From Chloroflexota bacterium (GTDB lineage: Bacteria > Chloroflexota > Dehalococcoidia > Lucifugimonadales > UBA3495), in contig VXTR01000035.1 of the NCBI GenBank assembly GCA_009837355.1, forward strand, positions 49,531 to 113,530: DNA of 64,000 nt, read 5' to 3'. Position 1 is the first letter of the stretch; each line of letters opens with the position of its first letter. Below, one piece after another: positions 1 through 9,000 of the stretch. The translations under genes were made by a program, and so were the position numbers. The notes under the pieces are model-generated. The model saw nothing but the letters and a program-made list of their open reading frames with translations, did no database searches and had not been told where the DNA came from.

Positions 1-299
1 GCAAATGCGAGGTTGATGACGGCGGCCTCGAAGTTCTGGACTTCGAGCACGGCCCGGTCAACGGCGTCTTCCATCACCCGGTAGTAGATGACGAAGTCCA
101 TGTCCACCACCACGTTGTCTGCGGTGATGTACTTCTGGGTTGGCACACGGGTAACGCGCTCGCGCAGGTCAACCTTGGTGCCGGTGTAAAGAATGGGAAT
201 GAGGAAGCGCAGGCCGGGGCCCCTGGTGCCGACGTAGGTGCCGAAACGCTGGACGACCATGCGCTGGTATTGCTGGACGACGATAAGCCCTGCGGCCAT
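1..299 (-). CDS. SPFH/band 7 (stomatin-like) protein, 5' part (runs off window start)
   Basis: Manual translation from ATG 299: MAAGLIVVQQYQRMVVQRFGTYVGTRGPGLRFLIPILYTGTKVDLRERVTRVPTQKYITADNVVVDMDFVIYYRV; AAGGAGG RBS upstream; follows nfeD. Confidence 0.9.
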   Translation of the reverse strand, partial: MAAGLIVVQQYQRMVVQRFGTYVGTRGPGLRFLIPILYTGTKVDLRERVTRVPTQKYITADNVVVDMDFVIYYRVMEDAVDRAVLEVQNFEAAVINLAF

Positions 300-359
300 G
301 GTGAAACCTCCTTCATCGAGGGAGTGTAATCGGCGTATTCAATGGGCATTCTAGCATCA

Positions 360-1775
360 TTACTGACCTCCGGGGGCAACCGTGCTGCTCACGGCCTCTA
401 CGGTGAGCAGCAGGCCGTCAACGGCGATCACGCGCACGCGGCGACCGGCCGGTATCGGCGAACCGTCGCTGCTGACGCCGGACCAAGTTTCGTCATGCAA
501 GGCGACGATGCCGCGGGGCTGCAACGGAGAAGTTACGAGTCCGGTCTGCCCAATGAGGTGTCCGGCCGAACTGCGTCCGTCGCTGTCGGAGAGGTTGCCA
601 CCGGGCACCGTTGCCCGCCGGCTGCCGACTCGTGAGGCGATGGCTTCGTAAGCAACGTAGGCGGCGCAGAGGGTAAGGACGCCGCCCACTCCGACCAGAA
701 TCCATAGGCTGACGGAAATATCGGGGAAGTTGGCCGGCACAGCGCCGCCGCCGAAGCTGCCGAAAAGCAGCACGCCGCCGATAATCAGGCTTACCACCGC
801 GCCAATGCCCAGTGCGCCGAAACCGGAAACAAAGATTTCCAACAATGCCAGGACGGCGGCCAGGATGATAAAGGCAACGCCGGCCCAGTTGAACGGAAGG
901 TTGCCCAGAGCCAGAAAACCGAGGCCGAGGCAGATGACGCCGGCGATGCCAGGGCCGATAGCCCCCGGCGTCATCAGTTCGAATATGAGGCCCAGGCTGC
1001 CCAGGCTAATCAGCAGGAAGGCGATGTTGGGGTTGGCGATGAAGTCAACGAACCGCTCGTTCCAGCGCATCTTGACTTCCTGAACGTCGGTGTCGGCGAG
1101 CCGGAGGGTTCGTTGGCCGGCCGCTGTGCTGACGGTGCGACCGTCGAGTTGGGCCAGCAGGTCGGGCAGGTCTGCGGCCAGCAGGTCGATGATGCCGGCT
1201 TCCAATGCCTCGCTGGCGCTGTAGGATGCGGCCGAGCGGACGGTTTCCTCCAGCGGGTCGGGGTTGCGTCCGCGCTCTTCGGCGATGGAGCGAATCAGGG
1301 CGGCGGCATCGTTGGTTACCTTGTCGGCCAGGGTTTCGCCGATGTCCTCGCCGCTGCCGGACACTGGCGTAGCCGCGCCAATGTTGGAGCCGGGCGCCAT
1401 GGCGGCGATGTGACCAGCGGCGGTGATGAACGTTCCGGCCGAGCCGGCCTGGGCGCCCCGGGGCGATACGAACACGGCCACCGGAACGTCGGACGAAAGC
1501 AGCGTCTCCACGATGTCTCGGGTGCTGTCGTACAGGCCGCCGGGGGTATCCAGCTCGATAACCAGCAGCTCGGCGTTGGCTTCGGAGGCGTCGGCCACGG
1601 CGCGAGCAATGACGCGGGCCTTGACCGGGTTGATGGTGTCCTCAACCTTCAGCAGCAGGACAGAGCGAGTTTCCGCGTCCGCCTGGCTGTAATGGAAGCC
1701 GAATGAGTACAGGCCCAGGCAAATCAAGACGAGATACGCCACGATCAGGGGGATTCTGGTCAGGGAGACGGGCAT
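360..1775 (-). CDS. nfeD: NfeD family membrane-bound serine protease (ClpP class)
   Basis: IELDTPGG, AGSAG, NIGAATPV motifs, TM block, C-terminal OB-like domain; paired with SPFH gene. Confidence 0.92.
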   Translation of the reverse strand: MPVSLTRIPLIVAYLVLICLGLYSFGFHYSQADAETRSVLLLKVEDTINPVKARVIARAVADASEANAELLVIELDTPGGLYDSTRDIVETLLSSDVPVAVFVSPRGAQAGSAGTFITAAGHIAAMAPGSNIGAATPVSGSGEDIGETLADKVTNDAAALIRSIAEERGRNPDPLEETVRSAASYSASEALEAGIIDLLAADLPDLLAQLDGRTVSTAAGQRTLRLADTDVQEVKMRWNERFVDFIANPNIAFLLISLGSLGLIFELMTPGAIGPGIAGVICLGLGFLALGNLPFNWAGVAFIILAAVLALLEIFVSGFGALGIGAVVSLIIGGVLLFGSFGGGAVPANFPDISVSLWILVGVGGVLTLCAAYVAYEAIASRVGSRRATVPGGNLSDSDGRSSAGHLIGQTGLVTSPLQPRGIVALHDETWSGVSSDGSPIPAGRRVRVIAVDGLLLTVEAVSSTVAPGGQ

Positions 1776-1830
1776 CGTACATCACCTGATACCATCATCA
1801 GACCCACGTCGTAATATGTCAATCGGTGAA

Positions 1831-1855
1831 TCCTTCGACAAGCTCAGGATGAGCG
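1831..1855. repeat. REP-like short element (TCCTTCGACAAGCTCAGGATGAGCG)
   Basis: Intergenic; matches the CTTCGACAAGCTCAGG repetitive extragenic family as recalled; single copy here. Confidence 0.55.
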
Positions 1856-1880
1856 AGTGCCCTTGACGATAGCGGGCGGT

Positions 1881-1909
1881 TTGACGATGGCGTAGCGTGC
1901 CAATACAAT
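1881..1909 (+). promoter_or_regulatory. sigma70-type promoter of crotonase gene
   Basis: TTGACG (1881-1886), 17 bp, TACAAT (1904-1909). Confidence 0.6.
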
Positions 1910-1947
1910 GCGGACAATTACGGAGCGCTAGAGGAGCGGAGTTTTCA

Positions 1948-2808
1948 ATGGACTACCAGTACATTCTATACGAGAAGGAACGAGTATCCCGTTTTGAGGG
2001 CAGTGGCGAACGTCGGCGGGAGAAAGTGGGGCACGTGGCCTTTCTCACCATGAACCGTCCCGAGGTACTAAACGCGATGAACCGGCAGCTCACTGAAGAG
2101 TTGCACGACGCGGTGCGCTGCGCCAACGAGGACGACGAAATCGGCTGCATCGTCATCACTGGCGCGGACACGCACCCGCGAGTGCCGGCGTTCACGGCAG
2201 GCGGTGACATCCACCAACAGCGGGAAGACCAGGCGGCGTTGAACGCGGGAACCTTGACCCGCGAAGACATGGACGCCCAATCGGCCAAACGTCAGCGGGG
2301 GAGCTACGAGGTCAGCGCGTCGGCGAAACCGGTGATCGGGATGATTAACGGGCTGGCTTACGGCGGCGGCGCGGTGCTGTCATCGTCCCTAGACATTCGG
2401 ATCGGTTCCGATGCGGCGCGGTTCCGCTTCCTGGCGGCGGCCTACGGGCGCATCAACTCCACCTGGACGCTGGTGAACCAGGTGGGTTGGCCGCAAGCGA
2501 AAGAGCTGCTGTTCACGGCACGGATTGTGGAGGCGGAAGAAGCCTACCGCATCGGCCTGCTGAACCACCTGGTTCCATCCTACCGGCTGCGACAGAAGAC
2601 CATGGAAGTTGCCACGGAGATTGCCACCAACGACGTCCCTTCCGTGATTGGCATCAAACGGCTGTTGCTGCAGCACATGGGCGGGACGTTGGAAGAGCAG
2701 TGGGCAAACGAAAAGGACTTCACCACCAACGTTCTGCGCGGTACGCTGGCTGAGGAAGCGTTCCCTGAATTCCTGGCCCGGCGAGGTCGTCCGGTTCGCA
2801 GCGCCTAG
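1948..2808 (+). CDS. Enoyl-CoA hydratase/isomerase (crotonase) family protein
   Basis: LTMNRPEVLNAM, AFTAGGDI, KPVIGMINGLAYGGG, AKELLFTAR; start set at ATG 1948 after GAGGAG/GGAG. Confidence 0.9.
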   Translation: MDYQYILYEKERVSRFEGSGERRREKVGHVAFLTMNRPEVLNAMNRQLTEELHDAVRCANEDDEIGCIVITGADTHPRVPAFTAGGDIHQQREDQAALNAGTLTREDMDAQSAKRQRGSYEVSASAKPVIGMINGLAYGGGAVLSSSLDIRIGSDAARFRFLAAAYGRINSTWTLVNQVGWPQAKELLFTARIVEAEEAYRIGLLNHLVPSYRLRQKTMEVATEIATNDVPSVIGIKRLLLQHMGGTLEEQWANEKDFTTNVLRGTLAEEAFPEFLARRGRPVRSA

Positions 2809-2830
2809 AGTTACGCCCGGAAGGTATTTG

Positions 2831-2863
2831 AAGACCCCTCCCAGATTGCCGGGAGGGGTTTTT
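2831..2863. terminator. Intrinsic terminator between convergent genes
   Basis: ACCCCTCCC...GGGAGGGGT stem followed by a T run. Confidence 0.75.
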
Positions 2864-2867
2864 GCAA

Positions 2868-3260
2868 TCAGCCGTTGATGTGGCGATGTTGCAGATAGCC
2901 CGGGAGTAATTCGGTATCGCCTTCCCAAGTCAGGTTTCCCTTCCCGTCGATGACCGAGTAGGAAACGGGCTGACGAACGATTGAACCGGCGACGATGTTT
3001 TTGCGGCGTTGCTCGGGCTGCTGGGCGAGTAGCTGGGTATCGCCTTCCCACGAGACATTGCCATCGGCGTCAACGACGGCGTAGGAGACGGGCTCGTCCC
3101 CGGCTGGCCGGACGTCCGGCATCGCGTAATCAAGATAGCGACTGGTCAGGGTATTGGCGATGGGCTGCACCGGTGTCATTGCCTTGATGACGATAGGCTG
3201 GTCCAGGATGGTCTCCAGCATCCGGTTCATCCGGTTGATGTTGTTCTGTACGATAGGCAT
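2868..3260 (-). CDS. Hypothetical protein with a duplicated 22-aa motif
   Basis: GGGAGG RBS, TATAAT at 3300-3295; PVSYAVVDADGNVSWEGDTQLL / PVSYSVIDGKGNLTWEGDTELL. Confidence 0.7.
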   Translation of the reverse strand: MPIVQNNINRMNRMLETILDQPIVIKAMTPVQPIANTLTSRYLDYAMPDVRPAGDEPVSYAVVDADGNVSWEGDTQLLAQQPEQRRKNIVAGSIVRQPVSYSVIDGKGNLTWEGDTELLPGYLQHRHING

Positions 3261-3330
3261 GGCTTCCCTCCCGGCTCACCAGTGTTGAATGTTTATTATA
3301 CAGGTTTTGCACCGACCGTGTCAGGGGCGG

Positions 3331-3945
3331 CTAGCCGTCCAGGGTACCCTTGGTGCTGGGAACCTGCCCGACGGCTCGGGGGTCAGGTTCCACGGCGTCG
3401 CGGAGGGCGCGGGCCAGGGCCTTGCAAAGCGCTTCGGCTTTGTGGTGAGGGCTGACGCCAGCCAGTACCCTGGCGTGGAGGTTGATACGGGCTTCGATGG
3501 CAAAGGATTCCAGGAAGTGGGCCACCAGATCGCCGGACAGGGTTTCCACCATGGTGTCGTCAAGCGTGGTATCAACCGACGCGTAAGGCCGTCCGCTCCA
3601 ATCCACGGCGACCATCACCAGGGTTTCGTCCAGAGGCACGATGGCGTGGCCCATGCGTCGGATGCCGCGGGGTTCGCCCAGAGCCTGGGCGAAAGCGCGC
3701 CCCAACATGATGGCGGTGTCTTCCACCAGGTGGTGCCAGCCGACATGGGTGTCCCCCTGTGCGTTGACCTCGATGTCAAAGAGGCCGTGGCGGGCAATCT
3801 GGCTGACCATGTGGTCCAGGAAGCCGTTGCCGGTGTCAACATCGTAGTGACCCTGTCCGTCCAGGTTGACAGTGATGGAGATGCTGGTCTCGGCGGTGGC
3901 GCGCTGCAAGCTGGCAGTGCGGGCCGGAACTTCGGGCGTGGTCAT
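3331..3945 (-). CDS. hisB: Imidazoleglycerol-phosphate dehydratase (monofunctional)
   Basis: RATAET, FLDHM, HHLVED, PLDE, HHKAEA, PSTKG. Confidence 0.97.
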   Translation of the reverse strand: MTTPEVPARTASLQRATAETSISITVNLDGQGHYDVDTGNGFLDHMVSQIARHGLFDIEVNAQGDTHVGWHHLVEDTAIMLGRAFAQALGEPRGIRRMGHAIVPLDETLVMVAVDWSGRPYASVDTTLDDTMVETLSGDLVAHFLESFAIEARINLHARVLAGVSPHHKAEALCKALARALRDAVEPDPRAVGQVPSTKGTLDG

Positions 3946-3946
3946 G

Positions 3947-5041
3947 TCAGTCCACTCCCAAGACGGCGCGGAATCCGGCGATTACCGCGTCGGTCTCTTC
4001 GGGTTTACCCACGCTGGAACGGATGTAGTCGCGCAGCAGGTCGTTGTCGAAGTAACGCAGGAAGACGCCCCGGCGACACATTGCTTCATAGACCTCGCGG
4101 CCCCGTCCGTCGGGCATCTTGCAGAGGATGAAGTTGGCCTGGGACGGCCACACCTTGATTCCGGGGATTTCGCACAGCAGCCGGTACATGCGGGCCCGCT
4201 CGGTGACGATGGCGTCAACCCGCTCCAGCAGGTGGGCCGTGTCGGCCAGGGAGGCCAGCAGGGCGACTTCGGCGGCGAGGTTGACGTTGTAAGGCGGTTT
4301 CATGCCCATCATGGTAGCGGCCAGCTCGGTGTCCATGGCGCCAGCGCCGATGCGGAGGCCGGCCAGGCCGGCCCACTTGCTGAAGGTGCGGAGAACCACC
4401 AGGTTGCGATATTCGGGCAGCAGGGGCATCAGGGTCCGGCCGCAGAAGTCGTGGTAGGCTTCGTCGGCCACCACCAGCAGGCCGGTGTCCAGCAGGGCGC
4501 GGGCCTGGGCTTCGCTGACCAGGTTGCCGGTGGGATTGTTGGGACTGGGGAAAAAGATGATTTTGGTGCGGGGCGTGATAGCGCCCTTGATGGCCTCGAT
4601 GTCGATGTCAAAGTTGTCGTCGCGGGGCACGGACACGGCGCGGGCGCCGGCCACGTCGGCGGAGAAAGAGTACATTCCGAAGGTGGGCACCGGGATGATG
4701 ATTTCATCGTCCGGGGACAGGAACATACGCATCAGCAGGTCGATGATTTCGTCGCTGCCGTTGCCGGCGACGATATGCTCCTCGGGTACGCTGAGGTAGT
4801 CGGACAGGGCGGCGCGCAGGCGGCGCTGGGCCGGGTCGGGGTAGTGGTTGTAGTCCTGAAAGCTGCCCAGGGCTTCGGCGACCTGGGGCGACGGGCCGTA
4901 GGGGTTTTCGTTGCCGTTGAGCCGGATGACCCGATCCAGGGGTATGCCGGCTTCCTCGGCCAGGGTTTCGCTGGGAGAAACGCCCTCGTAGGTTTTGAGG
5001 CGGCTGATGTGGGGGAGCAGCAGGTCTTCGACGTCAGGCAT
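3947..5041 (-). CDS. hisC: Histidinol-phosphate aminotransferase
   Basis: NENPYGPS, GNGSDEII, SPNNPTG, DEAY, RTFSKWAGLAGLRIG. Confidence 0.96.
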   Translation of the reverse strand: MPDVEDLLLPHISRLKTYEGVSPSETLAEEAGIPLDRVIRLNGNENPYGPSPQVAEALGSFQDYNHYPDPAQRRLRAALSDYLSVPEEHIVAGNGSDEIIDLLMRMFLSPDDEIIIPVPTFGMYSFSADVAGARAVSVPRDDNFDIDIEAIKGAITPRTKIIFFPSPNNPTGNLVSEAQARALLDTGLLVVADEAYHDFCGRTLMPLLPEYRNLVVLRTFSKWAGLAGLRIGAGAMDTELAATMMGMKPPYNVNLAAEVALLASLADTAHLLERVDAIVTERARMYRLLCEIPGIKVWPSQANFILCKMPDGRGREVYEAMCRRGVFLRYFDNDLLRDYIRSSVGKPEETDAVIAGFRAVLGVD

Positions 5042-5199
5042 CAGTGTACTTCCGATAGGTCAGCGGGTGTGGGTGGCGGCGGGGCAATCCGCATTCACTT
5101 TATAAGGATTGGGGCCGGGGCGCAACCACCCATACGCACTGACGGGAACCGTCTTGGCTACGTTGGCTTGGGGTTTATAGTGGTTGGCCTCCGGTGGGT

Positions 5200-5245
5200 T
5201 GTCAGAATCAGGATTCACGGGATTTTGGGATTTTCAAGATTTTGG
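5200..5245. repeat. Short GGATTT(T) tandem motif
   Basis: GTCAGAATCAGGATTCACGGGATTTTGGGATTTTCAAGATTTTGG: four imperfect 8-9 nt units. Confidence 0.45.
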
Positions 5246-5624
5246 GTAGCCTGCGAGAGGTAAGGTGGTCGTTGTCAGCCCCACGGCCGGGGGTTAGTTC
5301 GCACTCCCACATAGGTGTTTTTGTGACGGAGACCTCCGGCAGGTCCGGGGATCTGGGGCCCGTCAATGGCCGCAGTGGTATCGCGCCGTGCCACACCTGG
5401 TCTTTCTCCCTGGCTGCAATTAGCCGGGATGGCAGCAGTGGCCGCTCCGGTGTCACGTCTGGTGTTTTGTGACGGTAATCTCGATCCGTCAATGGCAGCA
5501 GTGACCGCTCCGACGTGCGATTATAGGATTTGCTGACGGTTGTGGCCGTCGACGACCGGAACCGTGATGGTTCTGATTTACCTCTCGTTGCAGGCTGTGG
5601 GTTACCGATGGTTTCGCTAGCGAT
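5244..5624 (-). ncRNA. Candidate novel structured RNA with repeated hairpin modules
   Basis: Closing stem 5578-5596/5248-5263; CACTGC(T/G)GCCAT at an exact 63-nt period; TGACGG..CCGTCA hairpins; compensatory changes; own promoter. Confidence 0.6.
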
Positions 5625-5630
5625 GAGGCT

Positions 5631-5660
5631 ATTATGAACGGACGTTCTATGGTTTGTCAA
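5631..5660 (-). promoter_or_regulatory. sigma70 promoter with overlapping LexA-type (SOS) box
   Basis: TTGACA (5660-5655), 18 bp, CATAAT (5636-5631); GAAC-GTCC-GTTC at 5647-5636. Confidence 0.65.
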
Positions 5661-5723
5661 TGGGCCGGCGTCGGTGATTTTAGCAGATTTGGGAAAGTGG
5701 GCACTGGGAGGGGTTGCGGTTGG

Positions 5724-6047
5724 CTAGAACTGGCTGCGCACGGCGGCGAGGATTTCAGCCAGCTTGGCGTCGGTGAGGCGGGCGACGGTGTTGCCGAATC
5801 TACTTTCGGCAAGGGTAGCCAGCCGGTCGGGGCGCACCTTGCTATCCGGGTCTAAGCTTCCAGCGAGCAAATCGGCCGGGCTGATGGGTATCGCTCGGAG
5901 GTGCGGTATCTTGCTCGTAGTTACCGGACAAACTATCCAGTCCGCGTATCTGCCGTTGCCGACATCCGCCAGTAGGACGGTCGGACGGGGTTTCGCGTCG
6001 GCGCTGTCGGCATAGGGAAAGGGCAAAATGACGATATCGCCAACCAT
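5724..6047 (-). CDS. PemK/MazF family toxin (endoribonuclease)
   Basis: MVGDIVILPFPYAD..AKPRPTVLL..WIVCPVTT..SKVRPDRLATL; 107 aa; ATG 2 nt after the upstream stop. Confidence 0.9.
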   Translation of the reverse strand: MVGDIVILPFPYADSADAKPRPTVLLADVGNGRYADWIVCPVTTSKIPHLRAIPISPADLLAGSLDPDSKVRPDRLATLAESRFGNTVARLTDAKLAEILAAVRSQF

Positions 6048-6049
6048 GG

Positions 6050-9000
6050 TTAATCTTTCTGCTCCCGAATGTCGGGCAACGAGGCTAACCATGCCTGGTA
6101 TTCGGGATCATCATCAGATTCGTCGTAGTAGGAGTTAAAGGCCTCCAGGGCCATGGTCTCCCACTCGTTTTTTCCCCGGTCGTCGAAGACGATGAGGTGG
6201 CCGTCTTCCCAATAAGCCATCCCGTCCACAATGGCCATGGTTTTGACGCTGACGGTGCAGACGCGTTGCAGCAGGTCGATTACCGGTTCCTTGTAGTCGG
6301 CGAAGCGGTAGGTGTTGAAGCGCTCGCGGATGGTGGGGTCGCGGGGTTTCTTTTCCTTGTACTGGTCGAGAACCCACTCCAGGGCGGAGCGGCTGCCCAG
6401 CCGGTAGCGCCAGGTGGCTTCGGGGATGCCGGCCAGCGTAGTCACGGTGGTTCCGTCGTCCAGGGTGATGACGCCGCCGGACGTATTGGCGAGCAGGCGG
6501 GTTTTGTACGGTTTCGGACTGGGCCGGTCGTGTCGTTCCAGCGGGTAAGGTTCGGCGGATTCAAAGCCGATGTGCAAGTCCAGAAGTTGCTGGCCCATTT
6601 TGGCCCAGGCATCAAAGTCGTGGTAGAGGGGCAGACGGGGGAACTCGCGCAGGAGGTCAACCTGGTAGTCGTGGCGGTACACCGGGTCGTGGAGGACGGC
6701 GTAGGTGTAGGCGAACACGTCCTCGGCGGTAATGCCGTCGGGATAGGTGGCGTCGAAGTGGTCGCCCCACTGCTCACGGTAGTGGTCGTTGATGCGTTGG
6801 AGGCCCCACTGGGTGATGTTGCTGACCCGCTGGTCGTCGGGCGCGTAGCGGTAGAGGGGGAGGCATTGGGTGTCGCCGGTGAAGTGCCAATCGGTTAATC
6901 TGCTGGCCGCCAGAACGTAGAAATGCCGACCGTTCATGCTGAAATTGATGACTTGGTTAGGCTGTTTCAAATCCAGCCCAAATATATCGTAATGATTGCT
7001 GGTGAGCACGTCGTTCATCGTGAAGTCGGCGAAGTGATGTTTTATGACAAATGGGCGATACAGCGACTGAATGCGGTTTGCTTCGCTGTAGACAATGCGG
7101 TGCCCGCGCTGAAATTCGTTGCGCAAGTCGCGGCTCCACTTGATGACAGGGTTGTACGACTTGTCGTCTTCGTCGAGGAATCCGTTGTAGGTATCGGCAA
7201 AGAAAAGATATTTGCTTCGCAGATTGTCAGCCGAAAAGTCATACACCCACCCGTCGCGAGCGGTATTGACACCGGGCGTGCTGAGCTTAAACATCGCCTG
7301 TTCTTCCTCAACCGTCTTGGCGAACTTGGTTTCCCGGTCGGCAAGAGGAACCAGGGACCCAAAGTTGCTGTTGGACTGATTGAGCCACTGGGCATAGGCA
7401 TCGGGGGTAATTTCGAGGAAATCGAAGCCGTCCATAGATTTGTTTCTGACGTAGGCAAGCTTCTCAAAGGATCTGGCGTAGTCGTCAACGGCGTTGTAGA
7501 ACACCTTGAAACCGTCGGCGCCCTTGCGGCGCACCAAGAAATAGACTGCCACGCCGACGCGGATTTTATCGTCAAAGACGTTGCCACCCTCTCGTCGTCT
7601 CTGCTCCCCGATGGTGCGAGCGTTGCCCTTCAGGTCAATGGCCCACAGCTCGTTGAACTCCTCAGCCACCACCTTGCGAAATCCGTCATCCTGTCGAGCG
7701 TCCAGAAACGCATTGTTACTAACGAAGCCGATAATCCCATCTTCGGCTAACCTATCCGATGCCCAACGGATGAACCGCTTGTACATATCGTACTGCTTGG
7801 TCTTTTGCGCTGAACTGTTAGCGATATAGGTATCACTAATGCGACGGTCAACGTCGGGGTATGGATCGTTGGCGGTGCCATCGTCCCACAACGTCGCGCT
7901 GGCGTTATAGGGCGGATTGCCAATGATGACACTGATGGTTTGCTCGTTCTGTTCTTGCAGTCGCATCCAGTTTTCTTGAGAAATACCGCCGAAATGCAGG
8001 TCGAGCCGACCAGTGAACGTGTCGGCGGAAGTCCCCTGCCAGTCCATGTTGTCCAGGGTGTCGACGAAGCAGAGGTTGGGGAACTCCAGGTATTGGCCGG
8101 TGCGTTCCTTGTAGGTGTACTCGATGTTGAGGTTGGCGATGTAGTAGGGGAGGATGGCGACCTCGTTGGCGTAGATTTCGTTTCGGTACTTGTGCTCCAG
8201 GCGGTCGGCGGGCAGGTAGTTGATGAGGTTGGTGATGAAGGTGCCGGTGCCGGTGGCAGGGTCGAGGATGTTGATCCTGTCGTGGGCCAGAGACTTGCCG
8301 AAGCGCTTGTCGAGCAGCCAGTCCGCTCCCCTAATGATGAAGTCCACTACCTCGTTGGGGGTATAGACGACACCGAGGCGGTCGGCTGCCTCCGGATTGT
8401 AGGCTTGGTAAAAGTCTTCGTAGATGGCCTTGAGGAACTGCTGCTTTTCGGCGTAGTCGGCGATTTCGTCGGCGGCGCGGCCGATGGCGCCGTAGTAGGC
8501 GCGGAGGCGGTCGATGGCCTGGCGGCGCAAGTTGCCGGTGAAGAAAGTGCGCTCCAGTGCGTCCAACTGGACAGCGATATTGTTCTCCTGGTGGAACTGG
8601 TCTTCGGCGAAGACGCGCAGGAAGATGTCCTTGGTCAGAATGTGCTGCAAGAGCATCTCTCGGACCTGCTCAGGAGACACCCAGGGGCCGATGGTACGGT
8701 GGCACAGCGTGAGGAAAACGTCGGCAGCGGCGTGATATTCGGCGTTGTTGGCCTCCGCGTCGGCCACAGCCTCCCGCAGGGCCTCCAGAACCCAGGGCAG
8801 GTCGGCCCGGAACTGCTCCCTGGCTCGGCGAAACTCCCAAATCTCCGGTAGCTCGTAGTCCAAGAATTGGTTGATAATCCAGTCCAGCTCGCGGGGGCGG
8901 GACATATCCACCCGCATAATCATGCTGCCGTTCTGGTAGAGGACGGCGGTTTGGGAATCCTCGAAAAGGATGTTGTCCTGAGGGTAGCCGCGGTTGAACT

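Noticed and set aside
5314-5550. CRISPR array (63-bp period)
   Set aside because: Conserved blocks are short and non-identical, the intervening parts are related and structured, and no cas genes are present
5248-5596. Retron msr-msd, RNase P RNA or tmRNA
   Set aside because: No reverse transcriptase in the window; no GAGGAAAGUCC signature and no tRNA-like ends
5208-5660. 150-aa ORF over the repeat region as a protein gene
   Set aside because: Its TTG start is the -35 hexamer itself, upstream of the predicted TSS; no RBS; low-complexity product. Not fully excluded because the frame is open and the period is a multiple of 3
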